Shown: positions 50,440 to 63,733 of the stretch, piece by piece
Layout: every line of letters starts with the position of its first letter
Position numbering within the stretch: the stretch's first letter is position 1
Assembly (NCBI RefSeq): GCF_009834535.1
Contig: NC_045696.1
Coordinates: forward strand, 34,040,001 to 34,104,000
Origin: Camelus ferus
Taxonomy: Eukaryota
Reading direction: 5' to 3'
Length of the DNA: 64,000 nucleotides
Notes under the pieces: generated by a model
Told to the model about the DNA's origin: nothing
The model's database searches: none
Seen by the model: the letters and a program-made list of their open reading frames with translations, nothing else
Program-made: the position numbers and the translations under genes

Positions 50440-53400
50440 ATAAATATTCTGGAGAATGTTCCATGTGCACTTGAGAAGAATGTGTATTCTACTGCTTTTG
50501 GATGGAATGCTCTATAAATATCAATTAAGTCCATCTGGTCTAATGTGTCATTTAAGGCCTCTAGTTCTTTATTGATTTTCTGTCTGGATGATCTGTCCAT
50601 TGATGTAAGTGGGATGCTAAGGTCCCCCACTATTATTGTGTTATTGTTAATTTTTCCTTTTGTGTCTGCTAACAGTTGCCTTATATATTGAGGTGCTCCT
50701 ATGTTGGGTGCATATATATCTTTACAATTGTTATATCTTCTTGGATTGATCCCTTGAGCATTATGTGGTGTTCTCCTTTGTCTCTTGTAAGTATTTTAAA
50801 ATCTATTTTGTCTTATATAAGTATTGCTACTTCAGCTTTCTTTTGGTTTCCATTGGCATGAAATATCTTTTTCCATCCCCTCACTTTCAGACTATATGTG
50901 TCTCCAGCTCTGAAGTGGGTCTCTTGTAGACAGCATACATCTGGGTTTTATTTTTGTATCCATTCAGCCAGTCTATGTCTTTTGGTTGAAGCATTTATAC
51001 ATTTACATTCAAGGTAATTATCAATACATATGTTCTTATTGCCATTTTGTTAATTGTTTTGAATTTGGTTTTGTAAGTCTTTTTTTTTTTTTTCCCCCTC
51101 TTTCTTCTTTTTGTTCTCTCCTCCTGTGGTTTGATGACTATAGAGTTACATTGGTTTGTGGTTACCATGAGGTTTTTGTATAGAAGTCTATGTATATACA
51201 TGATTGTTTTAAGTTGCTGATTTCTTAATTTCATATGCATTTTGACACCCTGCATTCATACCCTCCTCCCTTCATGATTGCTTTTCTTGTTTCTAGTTGT
51301 GGCCTTTTCTTTATTACCTAGAGAAGATCCTTTAACATTTGTTGTAAACATTTGTTGGTTTGGTGGTGCTGAATTCTTTTAGCTTTTGCTTATCTATGAA
51401 GCTTTTGATTTCTCCATCAAATATGAATGGGAACCTTGCTGAGTAAAGTATTCTTGGTTGTAGATTTTTCCCTTTCACTGCTTTAAATATATTGTGACAC
51501 TCCCTTCTGGCTTGTAGAGTTTGCTGAAAAATCAGCTGATAATGTTATGAGAGTTTCCTTGTATGTTATTTGTTGCTTTTCTCTTGCTGATTTTAATATT
51601 TTCTCCTTATCTTTAATTTTTATCAATTTGATTACTATGTGCCTTGGTGTGTTCCTCTTTGGGTAAATCCTGTGTGGAACTCTCTGTGCTTCATGGACTT
51701 GGGTGACTGTTTCTTTTCGCATATTAGGGACGTTTTCAGCTCTTATCTCTTCAAATATTTTCTCAGGTCCTTTCTCTCTCTCTTCTCTTTCTGGATATGA
51801 TGCAAATATTAGGGTGCTTCATGTTGTCTCAGAGGTCTCTTAAGCTATCCTCATTTCTTTTCATTCTTTTTTCTTTTTTTCTGTGGTAGTGATTTCCACA
51901 ACTCTGTCTTCTAGCTCACTGATTTGTTCTTCTTCCTCATTTAGTCTATTCTTTGTTCCTTGTAGTGTTTTATTCATTTCAGTAATTGCAGTTTTCAACT
52001 CTGGTTATTTGTTATATGTCCTAACTCTTTGCTAAAAACTTCACTCTGTGCACCTATTCTCCTCCCAAGTTCTCTGATCATCTTCATAATTATTACTTTA
52101 AACTCTTTCTCAGGTAGGTTGCCTATCTCCTCATCACTTATTTCTTCTTCCAGGATTTTATCTTGTGCCTTTGCCTGAAACATATTCCTCTGCCACCTCA
52201 TACTGTCTACATTTCTTTCTTTAAAAAGTTTTTTTACTTTATTTGTTTGATTTTTTGAGGGGGGAGGTAATTAGGTTATTTATTTAATTGGTTAATTTTT
52301 TAAATGGAGATACTGGGAATTGAGCCCTGGACTTTGTGCATGCTAAGCATCCACTCTACCATACTGAGCTATACCCTCCTCCCTCTACATTTCTATTTGT
52401 ATTTTTAGGTAGGTTAGTCACATTTCTCAGCCTTGGAGAAATGGCCTTCTGTAGGAGATGGCCTGTGCATCCCAGCAGTTCACTCCCCTCTTGTCACCCA
52501 AGCGTCAGGGTCCAGCTGGCCCCGGGGTAGAGCCTGGTCTGCATTTGCAGACTCCTTCCACCGCTTTGGGGTTGTTGTTTTTATACTTTTGGTTTCTGCC
52601 CCCTGGTGAGTGAGGCTGGACTAGAAACTTGTGCAGGCTTCCTGGCAGGATTAGTTGGTACCTGTCTACTGCTTAGTGGAGCTTGGTCCCAGCCTTCTGT
52701 TGGGCAGGGCCTTGTCCAGGGGCATGTCTGGAGGTGGCTGTGGGTTCAGGAAGTCTGCTGATGGGTGGGGCTGCATTCCCACCCAGTATGTTGTTTGACC
52801 GGAGGCTTCCCAGCACTTACACCTACAGAATGGGTGGGGTTAGGTCTTGGCACTAATGACCCAAGCAAGATGTCAGCCTCCAGGAAAGCTCATGCAGATG
52901 AACACTCTCCAAATGTCTAACACCAGCTTTTATGTCCCCGGGGTGAACCACAGCCACCACACCCACCTCCCACAGGAGACCTTCCAAAAGCAACAAGCAG
53001 GTCTGGCCCAGGTCCCTACAAATCTCTGCCTTTTCCCTTGGTCTCTTGGTATATATGAGATTCCGTGTGCACTTCCCAAGAGACTGAAGTCTCTGTTTCC
53101 CCCAGTACAATGAAGTTCCTGCATTTAAGCCCCACTGGTCTTCAGAACCTGATGTTCTGCGGTCTCTTCCTCTCAGTGCAGGAACCCCAGGCTGGGGAGC
53201 CTGACATAGGGCTCAAAACTCCCACTCCTGTGAGAGTGCCTCTGCAACTTAAATATTTTTCAGCTTGTGGCCTACCAACCCAGGGGGTATGGGGCCCTAT
53301 TATATCATGAACATGCCCCTCCTACCATCCCACTGTGGCTCCCTCTTTATGTTTGCAGTTGAAGATCTTTTTTTGCTAGGTTCCAGTCTTTTATTCCCAT

Positions 53401-53487
53401 GGTTGTTTAGCAGTCAGTTGTGGTTGTGTAGTTGTGAGAGGAGGTGAGCTTGTGGTCTTACTACTCTGCCATCTTGATGGGAAATCC
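50440..53487 (-). mobile_element. L1 retaining 5' UTR, ORF1 and the start of ORF2 (endonuclease) but lacking its 3' part
   Basis: ORF1 remnants (TPRHIVIKLIKIKDKEKILKSAREK), endonuclease remnant (LNDTLDQMDLIDIYRAFHPK..YTFFSSAHGTFSRI), 5' end with YY1-like aagatggc at ~53468-53475. Confidence 0.92.
52217..52383 (-). mobile_element. Vic-1-type camelid tRNA-derived SINE
   Basis: ggggggaggtaattaggtt...aatggagatactgggaattgagccctggactttgtgcatgctaagcatccactctaccatactgagctataccctcc; TSD tctacatttct (52206-52216 / 52384-52394). Confidence 0.85.
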
Positions 53488-53489
53488 TT

Positions 53490-54600
53490 CTGTGTGGAAG
53501 ATTCCTTGGGGTACACATCCAAACATGGGATTGTTGGGTTGTCGAGTATATGACTATTTACTTTCACTAAATACTGAAAGTTTACTGTGCTGAAAAGTTA
53601 CAACAGTTTTTACTTCTACAAGCTGAGCCTGATGTTCTATTTTTCTTTTAATTATAGGTTCCAAGTGGTACCTCACTATTGTATATATTTGCATTTCTCT
53701 AATGTTGAGCATCTGTTTATATATTTGACATTTAATATTTCCCTTTTGTGAATAGCTTGTAAATAAAAAAGCTCATTTTTCTATTGGGCTTTCCATTGTT
53801 TCTTTGCTAAATTGCAGGAATCCATTCAGTTTCTTAGAGATCAGAATCCCTTACCAGCAATGTTTGCAGATACCTTCATTGTTTCCCATCAGTCAACTTT
53901 GTTTCTGTTGTCTCACTAAACACAAATCATAGTCATAAATCAATACTTTTCATTTAATGTTTACACTTTACCAGTGTTAAGAAATCAACTATATTACAAG
54001 GTCACAAAAATATATATTTATTCCTCCTTTTATTTTATAAATTTAACTTAAAAATTTTGAACCTTAATTCACTTTAAATTTATTTACTTATTCATTTTTT
54101 GGTGTAAGTTTTATATCCAACTCTGTTTTTCTTCACATAATGAGCTAAGTCTCCTAACATCATTTACTAAACAACATAACCTTTCTCTATTGATTGGTAA
54201 TGACATCCTATCACAGTTATGCTCTGGTCTGTTTCTAGGCTCTATATCCAGTTTCTTTTCTATTAGTTTATTCTGTGATATCCTAAGATATTTTAAAATA
54301 TTATGTATTTGTAGTATTTCATACCATTTTCTACTTGTAAATATGGTTTTGACCCTCAGAAATTATGTCCTTTTGTATATATTTTTAAAATAGTGCATTA
54401 CAAATTTTTATATTTTCCCCAAAATAGTCTTGGGAATTATTTATTTATAGGGAAATTTCTATATTGATATTTTAAATGGTATTTTATTTGCATATTTATA
54501 GCTATTCTACACAAATATGGTGGCATGATTTTTATTTGCATAAGTTGATCTTTTGTTTTGCAGTCTTGGTTATCTTTTTTAGTCATACTTACTTGATTTT
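53490..54600 (-). mobile_element. Older degraded L1M ORF2/3' region
   Basis: atttgcatttctctaatgttgagcatctgtttata and ctaacatcatttactaaa. Confidence 0.6.
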
Positions 54601-54929
54601 TTTTTTCTTTCTGAGTTTTAAGAACATTGGTTTCATGATCTAGAACTAATAATTACTTACTTGAATCTCCTATGCCACACATTAATAATTTAATGCATAT
54701 ATATTTATGACAAAAACTCATTTTTTATAAAAAGCTCAGTTATCTGATTTGTTTTAACTAAGAATAAGATTAATTCTTGATAATTTTAGTATATAAGGTC
54801 AAAATAGGTTTGATTACCCATTAAGATTCAAAGTCTAACTATATATCACACTAGTGCATATTTTCACAAAGAAATAAAGTAACTCTAACATTCAATTATG
54901 AACTAATTTCCAAAAATCATTATTCTGTT

Positions 54930-56155
54930 AAACGCTTCGAAAACATGAACGACAGAACCAAGCACCTTTGCTGCTAAATAACCTTGGTGAAAAGACTTGA
55001 GCTAGAGATATAAATTTGTGCATCATCAGCTTGTAAGTAGATAGTATTTGGAGCAATGACACTGAATGTGTCACTGAGGATCTGCTGAGATAGAGAAGAA
55101 AGTCAAGGACAGAGCCCGTGGGCACTGGATCTTGAGAGTCATGACGGATGAAAGTCAAATCACAAAGGGGATGGGGGAGCTGGGGAGGAGCAGCCAGTAG
55201 TAGGAATAAGATGCAGTCAATGTGGTGGAATCCTAGAAGCCAAGTGAGAGGGTGGGGTGGGAGTGGCCAGGTGTCAAACAGTGTTGAGAGATCACAAAAA
55301 ATGAGGGCTGAGAAATGAACATGAATTTTTAAAAATTTAGGTCATTGATGGACAAAAACAATTTCAATGAGTGATAGGGATAAAGCTGGACTAAAGTGAC
55401 TCAAGACTACACAGAAAGAGGATTTACTGGAGATAGCCAGTATAGGCAAGTTTTTCTTGGAATTTTGCTTAAAAATAGTATAATACAAAAGAGGACAGAC
55501 TCAAAGCCAAGATGCCTGGATTTAAATCCTGCCTCTACCACCTACTAACTGTGTGATGTATACATTTTTCATTCTGTCTCTGCCTTGGTTTCTCATCTGT
55601 AAAATAAATTTTTCTCATTCTTAATAATATTATTGAGTAACCAAGTGAATTAAAAGAATTAAAATATGTAAAGCTCTTATAGCTGTGTCTGACACATAGC
55701 TAACATTATATAATTTTCAATGACCATTATTTAATAGAAGCACACAACACTGTAAATCAACTATACTTCAATGAAAAGAAATAGAAGCAGAGAAAGGAAA
55801 CAGGAGCTGAAGGAGGATATGGTCAGGAAAGGATATTTAAAAATCCATTGGAATGCTGAGGGAAATGGTTATAGAGCAAAGAAAAACTGATGATGTAGGA
55901 GAGACAAGAAACTTGCTAGAGTAATATCCCTGAGTGGGCTGGAAGGAACAGTACCTAGTATATAAGTGAAGTGTTTGGTTTATTTATAACACAGAGATTT
56001 TATCCAATCCCGTGTACGGGAGGTAGGGGAAGTAGGGGACACTGGGACGCTGGAGGTAATGAGTGTTTGAATGGCAGAAACAAATATATCCTCTTCTGAT
56101 TGCCTCTATTTTCTCAGTGAGATAGGAAGCAAAGTCATTACCTGTACATGGGGGG
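54930..56155 (+). mobile_element. L2 interrupted by a MIR (~55480-55735) and a 37-bp L1 tail
   Basis: L2 gctagagatataaatttgtgcatcatcagc; MIR gcctggatttaaatcctgcctctaccacctactaactgtgtga. Confidence 0.7.
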
Positions 56156-58569
56156 AAGTGTTGAATACTTTCCTTCATGTTTGTATCACTGTGATTACTG
56201 TGCTTAGGAATTAATTAAAGTTTATCAATAGGTCAAAATGTGTTTCCTCATCCTTCCAAACAATGAAATTTTGGTTTGCAAAAGAAATAGAAAATTTCTC
56301 CTGGCTTCCTTGTAGTCTCAGCTGGGAGGTGAGCCGGTACCAATTAATAAGTGAAAAAGGCAAGGACATAATAAAAATCCACAGATCATGCCAGGGATTG
56401 ATTTTGCCACCTCAGCACGTCTCTCACTTCCTTCAGCTGTTCAGCTGCTGATTATTTTCATGATGCATTTCCTTTTTCAATAAAAGCCTCTATTTAAAAA
56501 AAAAATAGAAGAAAAAAATCTCCTGTGTTGCTTTATTTTGGCTCATCTTTTATTCCTTCTAAAATTCAGACTAGACACAAATATCAATTCAATTATTCTA
56601 AAGACATATATAGATATAAAGGGAAACAGACAAAATGAGAAAGGTTTGTTTTTGTTTTGGGGGTCATTTTAGGTTGGAATACATTTGAACTAGAACAGAA
56701 CTTTCGTCTTATAGAAAATCAATAAGAAAAAAGTAGTTGTCAATAGATGGGATTATACTAAGTATGCTACTGCTGAGTTTTGTGGAAATTTTTCAAGAGG
56801 GGCTATTATTTTCAGTTTTAAAAAGTAACATATCACTCTTTCAAATCTGGACATTAGTATAAATGCTGTGAACAATTTCTATGCACTGATCTACAGATAT
56901 TTTTATTGTAATATAAAGTCTACTGTAAAATCTACTACACATTTGGAAATAATTAATAGAAATATGAATGGAGTAAGTTAATCAGTGGCATATACTACTT
57001 TTTACATTGTTAAGAAAATTAGAAATTTAAAACATTAAAAATTGGAAGGAGTCAGATTAAGAAACCAAAATGAATCAGAAAGAATAGAGATAACTCTTTT
57101 AGACTATTGCCTTTGATGAGAGCCAGTGAGACAATGTGTTGGACTTTATGGAAAATCCATTTAGGGAAAAAATACATCTTAATTATTTTTCTCTCTTAAT
57201 GTCAGCAATGCTCTTTACTTCTGGGAAAAAAAATTCCAGAGGGAGCAGTCATGTCACAGTGTGACCCTACCCTTAGGTCATAGTAGATTGAAACAATAAG
57301 AATTACTGGGGCCAGTGAATCCTTTCCTTGGGAATATGGGACTGGAAACAAGGTAAGGCACCCTAAATCAAATTTTGTGTTACTGGAATCATAAGATTTA
57401 AAGGGTCAGAAATGATCACAGCCAAATCTGTATCACGTAGATTAGAGCACTGGAAAAAGGCAATTAAAATGAGATGGACATTCAGAGGACATCCAGGATA
57501 AAATAAATTAAGATTTGGAGAGAGTCTTTTTTGTAGGCACCTAGCAGCCTTAATGTCAGTTATTTATTCCTAAAGTCCAGCCTCATTTCTTCCTTGGGCC
57601 ATGTGAGATATTTAAGCACTCTACAATATATTCTTTTTTTTTTTTCTGAAGCTATTTCTAGTTCAGTTTTGCTATCCAACCAAGGAAATGCTTTCTAAAA
57701 TATCCACCCTCAAGGAGATAAAAAGTAAGCCAAGAAGACAGAAATGCAATTTTGAACTAAGTGATTTGGTGACTAGTAGGCAATCATTTTGTTTTGCTTA
57801 GCCTGAGGAAATTAGGAAAGGTTGAACAGAAGACATAGAATTTACTGAATGTTGCCAAACAGAGTTTCAGTCTAACAACCAAGAAAATTATGACATGATC
57901 CTTTTCCTTAAGGATCTAACAGTTTAGTTGGTGTAAAATTGAAACATAATAAAATAATTAAACAAAATATACATTTATGATTACATATGTGGTTTAGACT
58001 GATAAGAGTTTAGAGAAGGAAGAGTTGGCTATGACAACTAATCAGGAGAGCCCCAGGGAAGGCATGGACCCACAAAATACCTTGAAGGATTTTCAGAGTC
58101 CAGTCTGTTCATCCACAACATTTTTTGGATAATCACTATTATATCAGAGATGGTTATAAATATCAATGATATAATAATGAACAAGATAAGAACCTTACCC
58201 CGGAAAAGCTTTTAGTGTATTGGTAAAGATAAATATAGAAACAAATTTTGATTTTTTGAAAAATTTAATTCCAAGCAATATCTTCTCCAGCCTGTAGTGT
58301 CCAAAAGTATCATTATGGAATTGGCATTTCAGTGAAACTCCTCCAAGAAAACACTTTTATCTTATAAACATATTTTTCTTTCCCCTCCACCCCCAGAATT
58401 CTAAGCAGCATCTTCTGTGCTAATGAGTTTGCATCCAGATTCTCCCTGCTCCCATCCACGCTTAGAGGCTCTGTGACTGCCTGCAGTCTCCAAATATCAA
58501 TTTGTTGTGTGCTCCCTCAGGCTTTCATTAATTTCTAAAAGCTGAGGATGGTGACCTTGTGTTTTGTTA

Positions 58570-58734
58570 TCAGTAAGTGTTGCCGCAATCTCGGTTCTCT
58601 CTTAATACATATTTTTTGATGATATCTACAATATTTGGCTTCAAAAATGCCATTTCCTCCTTGTTGGGGCTCTTCCAGTGGGGATCATGCAGGCTTGGAG
58701 TTCTCCGAATTGCAAAATGTTTCCAATGTAAGGC
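58570..58734 (-). CDS. Terminal coding exon of unidentified - strand gene; ALHWKHFAIRRTPSLHDPHWKSPNKEEMAFLKPNIVDIIKKYVLRENRDCGNTY*
   Basis: Acceptor ttttcccgtaatttccag|GCC; phase 0 matches the upstream exon; 54 open codons then TGA TAA; non-repetitive, CpGs retained. Confidence 0.75.
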   Translation of the reverse strand, partial: ALHWKHFAIRRTPSLHDPHWKSPNKEEMAFLKPNIVDIIKKYVLRENRDCGNTY

Positions 58735-61700
58735 CTGGAAATTACGGGAAAACTTCTTTTCTTTTTTTTTTTTTAACATCTTTTTAGAATAGAGTTCATT
58801 AATCTGATGGTACTTATTTGAATGCAAGTAACAGAAAGTATGTCTAAGTGGCTTTTTAAATGGAGGTTATTTTTCTCATTTAACAAAATCCCTAGAAGCA
58901 GAGACTCGGCAGCTCAATAAAGCCATGGACTCACATAAGAAAACCTTGAATAGGGTTTAACTGTTCACCTCAGCCCAGATAGTGATGTATGCTTTCTGAG
59001 TAGCAGCTATTCTTATGTCTGTCTAACTAGGGAGTTATAGGAAAGAAAATTACAATTTAACTGCAGATATGCTAGAGCAAAGGGAAAGCTATTTCAGACA
59101 TAAAACTCACATCTTTCAATAGTTACAGGAACTAAGGGCAGGGCTAAAAATGCTTACCTCACATCTTTTTAGCATCCCCATTTATTTAAACACTTTTGAA
59201 ATGTCACCCCTCAAAATTACAAAGGCATGTTTATGAGATAGACGGGGTGGAGGAGGCTTCAGTCACATCAAGAGTCTATCTCCAGACATAATTCTCTGTA
59301 CCGGGAATTCTCTGTGAAGAGGGTGAAGAGGTGGTGGCCAGTGACAGATAAAATTTAAATTTTATCTCTCTTATGACTTGTTTTTTTCTGTGTGCCTGGA
59401 CTGTTCAGCAGAAAGTCAAAAGATTAAGCGAGATCTCAGGGTGACAGTCTAACTGAGCAGAAAGTCCCCGCTTATCAGCTCCCCTTCTTACTTTTTATCT
59501 CTTCCCTCTTCCAGCACCAAGTCTGTAGCACCTTGGTCCATCTCACCAAGGCTATTAGAGCAAACACTGGTAACTGTTTTTATTTTTGTAATGCTTTATT
59601 TTTCTGATTTCCTTATTCTTAAGACCCACTCATAACAGCAGGATTCTGATAATTATTTGCTCACCTAATTTATCTTGCTTGTGAGACAAGTTTAGTAATC
59701 AGGAGCTAACCTATTCTAGTTGTCAGGGGAGCGGAGCTGCCTCATCATGGTACCTGCAGTTCATAAACAAAAAGCCTTCTCTGCCTTTCCTCATTTCTCA
59801 GGGAGCAAAAAGTACAAAGACATCTTTGAGAAATTCCCCCTTCATCCTTTATTGATGATTTTAATTTTTAGGTTTCCAGTATTGATGCCATTGGTAAAAT
59901 TTACCGGCTTATGTTTCGATTCATATTTTTCTCTCTTATTCATAGCCATAAGCAAATTAACACTGTTTGCTGAGGCTGTATGTGTAAGATATTTGCTTTT
60001 ATTTGTGCTTCAAATGTAAAGGATATCTCATCTGATATTTTTAATCCAGCTAATATTAAGAAAATGAGATAAGTAATGAAATTATATTTAGCTGACATAA
60101 AGTACCCCTTGAAGTCCAGGTTTGGGGAGTCCAATGACTGTAACCATGGCACAGTAGGAAATGCATGGAAAACCCAAGGACAATACATTGTGAATCAATT
60201 GATTCTAATAGCAACAGATAGCTTAATAGAAAAGAATAAGCTTAGCTTCAAAAATTCTGATTTCATTTACAGTCTTCATACTTTCATAATTACTATTTTA
60301 ATATCTCATACTTTATAACTTTAATATAACTAAACAATCTATTCTTATTGTATATTTAAATTACTTGTATTTATTCTATAATGAATAACCCCTGAATGAG
60401 CATATTCTTGTAAACAGATTTTTTTCTTTTATATCTGAGTTTTTCTTTAGGGAGCATTTCCAGAAGCAGTGGGGTTCAAATGCTATAAACTTTGTTTTGA
60501 GCCCCTTAAGTGAACTGTCGTATCACCATTCAAAAGGAGTTGCCTCCTGTCATAAACATAATTTCACTGTACTTTCTTTAGCATTGCACTCTAGCAATTT
60601 TACCAGATTTTCTGTATTCTACATTAGTTGAATCAAAGCAATGAATAAGTAGTAAATGTCTTCAAATTGGACAAACATATGTGCATTTACAACTTACCAG
60701 ATATCTCACAATTAAGAGAGATTTCTTCCTCAAGTCTCAAAATAAATGCCAGTTTGTTAATGTAACACATTCAATGATAGTTGGCTGTCACCTAAAAGGG
60801 TATCTCTCAGTCATTTCATGGTTATGGCTTTCTTTGAAAATATGATGAATACTATAAGCAGTTTCTTAGAATAATGGACAAATATATATAGATACACAAC
60901 AAACACACATACACACAGAATTCAATACAATTTAGGGAATTCATGGATCATTTCATGTCCATCCACTGTAACAACCTTACCCAAAGACAATGGACTAAAA
61001 GTTAAGAGTAACAGAGAGGATAAAAGGAAAAATCTGTAGCTTTGAGGTGTATGGGGAGGGTAAGACCAGAAGGGGCTCAGCACTAAGGTATTAAAGACTA
61101 AAAGTCAGTCTGAGGATTTCGTGGACTTCCTGGTAAAAGCCAGGGCCATAAATGAGGGAAGAAGAGGCACTAAAAATAACCCCAGTTAAATTTAGTCTTA
61201 CTCTGGATTTAGAGCCAGAGATAATTGGTGGGAGACTATTTTTCTTGCTTCTCTAGTTTTCAGTCATGGGAGACGTGTTGAAATATAAAGAAGCTCATTT
61301 TGAAGTTGTGTGTTCACTTAGACCATCTAGGAAGGGGGACTGACTTACACCCTCTCTCTCCCTCTCCAGCCCTGGTCCAAGCAGGTCCAAGCAAAAGCCC
61401 TGTTTTGGTGGGGGAGCTTACATAGCTACATCCAGAATGACTTCCTATGCCATCGTAGTGTATTCATGGTTTCCCATGCACATATTTTCTTCCTACCTTT
61501 TTTCTTAATTTTCAAAACTTTTGGGACATTCTAAATAGTTATTCAAAAATATTCAAGTTCAAAGAAATGTAAGGTGTCATAGTTTAGTGATTGGATTGAT
61601 CTGATCTTCCAAATCAGAGAATCACTATTTACCCATTCTGCTTAATAGCATATGAAAAACATCATATGAAATAATTGACTAAATATAGAGAAAAAAGAAA

Positions 61701-62354
61701 ACACGTTTATTTTTCTGGAGTTTTTACCAGAAAAAGTCTTATTTACAGCCTTTCTAACCATGTTTTAAATCCCAGACTTTTATTGCATTAAATAAATTTA
61801 AAGAATACCTTCTATTTTTTAAAGCTAAGGTATCATCCAGTTGGTAGTTTGATGTGGTAGAAGTATTTATGTTGGTGATATCTCACTTCTAGAATCGCCA
61901 GGGCAATAACAGAGGAAAATGCATCAAATGTAGGCTGCAGTCAAACTGAAGAGCATTTTACAGTCACAGTGTGCAGTGGATTTCCTTGGAAATTACATGG
62001 CCCATAATCATGTGAAAATAATAAATAGATTTTAAATATCACAGCACCTACAGTCTTATCAAATAGCATCTTGATAACTTTCCTATAAAGACATTGTGCT
62101 AACTAAGAATGTTCCAGTTTAGCTGTACACACTGCTGGTACATGTATAATAATTATTAAAGGGCAATGAGGAATCTATGCAGTTTTTTTTATAAGCTATT
62201 TCAAAACCTTTTATCAGTGCATAAAACTTCTTCAGGCCTTTTTTAGAGCAATCTCTGAACATGAGAGTCAAAAAGGTGACCCCCAAAATAGTGACAAATA
62301 TCTTGTGATATTTGCTCATAAACTCTCCTCAAACATTGCCATATGGACGCTTAC

Positions 62355-62474
62355 TCGTGTACAACCATAATAAGATTTGCTATCTGTTCCTTCAGCCCAA
62401 AGTAAATTAGCAGCAAACAGAAAGTGAGTCAGGTAGCGCTGGATAGAATTAACAAAAATCACATCAAGAACAAC
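62355..62474 (-). CDS. Internal coding exon (120 nt, phase 0->0) of unidentified - strand gene; VVLDVIFVNSIQRYLTHFLFAANLLWAEGTDSKSYYGCTR
   Basis: Strong acceptor ttttttctcactctgcctttgtcag|G and donor CGA|gtaagc; only frame 0 is open. Confidence 0.8.
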
Positions 62475-63668
62475 CTGACAAAGGCAGAGTGAGAAAAAAA
62501 TTAAAAAGTAGAACAGAATTGCTAATTTACACAGTACAATTATAGCTGCTTAAAAGATCATGTAAAATTATCAAGAAAATAGGCTCATAGCCTCATTCTG
62601 AGGATGCATCAAAGGGCATAGAACATTTTAGAGCTATTTTAATTCAACCCAGATAAAATACAAAAAAAAAAAAAGTGGGTACTAGAGTTCATATGCCTCA
62701 GTATTTGGAAAATTTTACTTATGTAGAACACCTGATAATTTCATACTGATGAAATACTATTATATTTAAAAATGAAAATGCATGTGATTTAAAAAGAAAA
62801 TTAAAAGTTGGAGGATGTTTAGCTAAATTGTATTTTAGCCAATCTAGTCAATCAACAGAATAAAAAAATTGACATTAAAATATATTTTAAGAAACTATGA
62901 AACAGAATACTAAATAAATCTTACAAACTATAAAATGTTCACAACAATTATGGCTCTTCATATACTTGTGGTGCTATGGTGATGATGGATAAATTTCCCT
63001 CTTAAATAGTCATTCCATATTGTTAAAAATAACCCATTTACAATAAATAATATTCAGTACAAAGTATATTCAGTACTAATAATCCAAAAAGTATCTTAAA
63101 TCATTTGTTAATTTATCTATCCATTTACTCCACAACATTTTTGAAAGCCTTCTATAACTAGTTTGGTTCTATTAAAACGCAACAAAAATTTTTTTTAAAT
63201 GACTTAACAGTTATCAAGTCTCCCCCAATAACTACCTCCTATTCAGGAAGAGACTTTAGACCCCTGTAGAAGGGAGACTGCAGCATGAGAGGGCTAGACA
63301 AAACACCACGCAGGAACTCTCCATGGAACCGCACCTCCTCACTGTACATAATATTGAGCCAAGCTTCCATCTACTCATGAAAAGGCTTGCCAACATTCAC
63401 AGAAAATTCAAGCCTCAAATCTGTTTAACTGTGCATGGTATGACTGAATATATTGCACTGGCAAATTATGAAAAAAATTAGTACTGTACATCCAACCATA
63501 AAACATTCACTGACAAATGAAGTGCGTATCAGTCAGAAGAAATATTTCATGTCCTATTCAAAGTAGGACTCCAAAATAGCTGTAGTGTTCTTAGCTGTAC
63601 ACCAACAGGATATTGGATAGTTTTTAATGTCACACTACTCTGCTCTCCATAAAGAATACTCAGCTCAC

Positions 63669-63733
63669 CACCATCTTCTGATTATAAAGGGAGATCCAAG
63701 TTAAAGTTATATAATCGAAGAACCAATGACCAT
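63669..63733 (-). CDS. Possible upstream exon (65 nt, phase 1->0) of the - strand gene; GHWFFDYITLTWISLYNQKMV
   Basis: Good donor GTG|gtgagc and branch-like tactaat, but weak pyrimidine tract (aaatccctag); one open frame, in phase with exon 62474. Confidence 0.3.

Noticed and set aside
62119..62319. 66-aa - strand ORF with a signal-anchor-like N-terminus
   Set aside because: Starts just inside the intron after the 62355 donor and has no promoter or splice support; consistent with a chance frame
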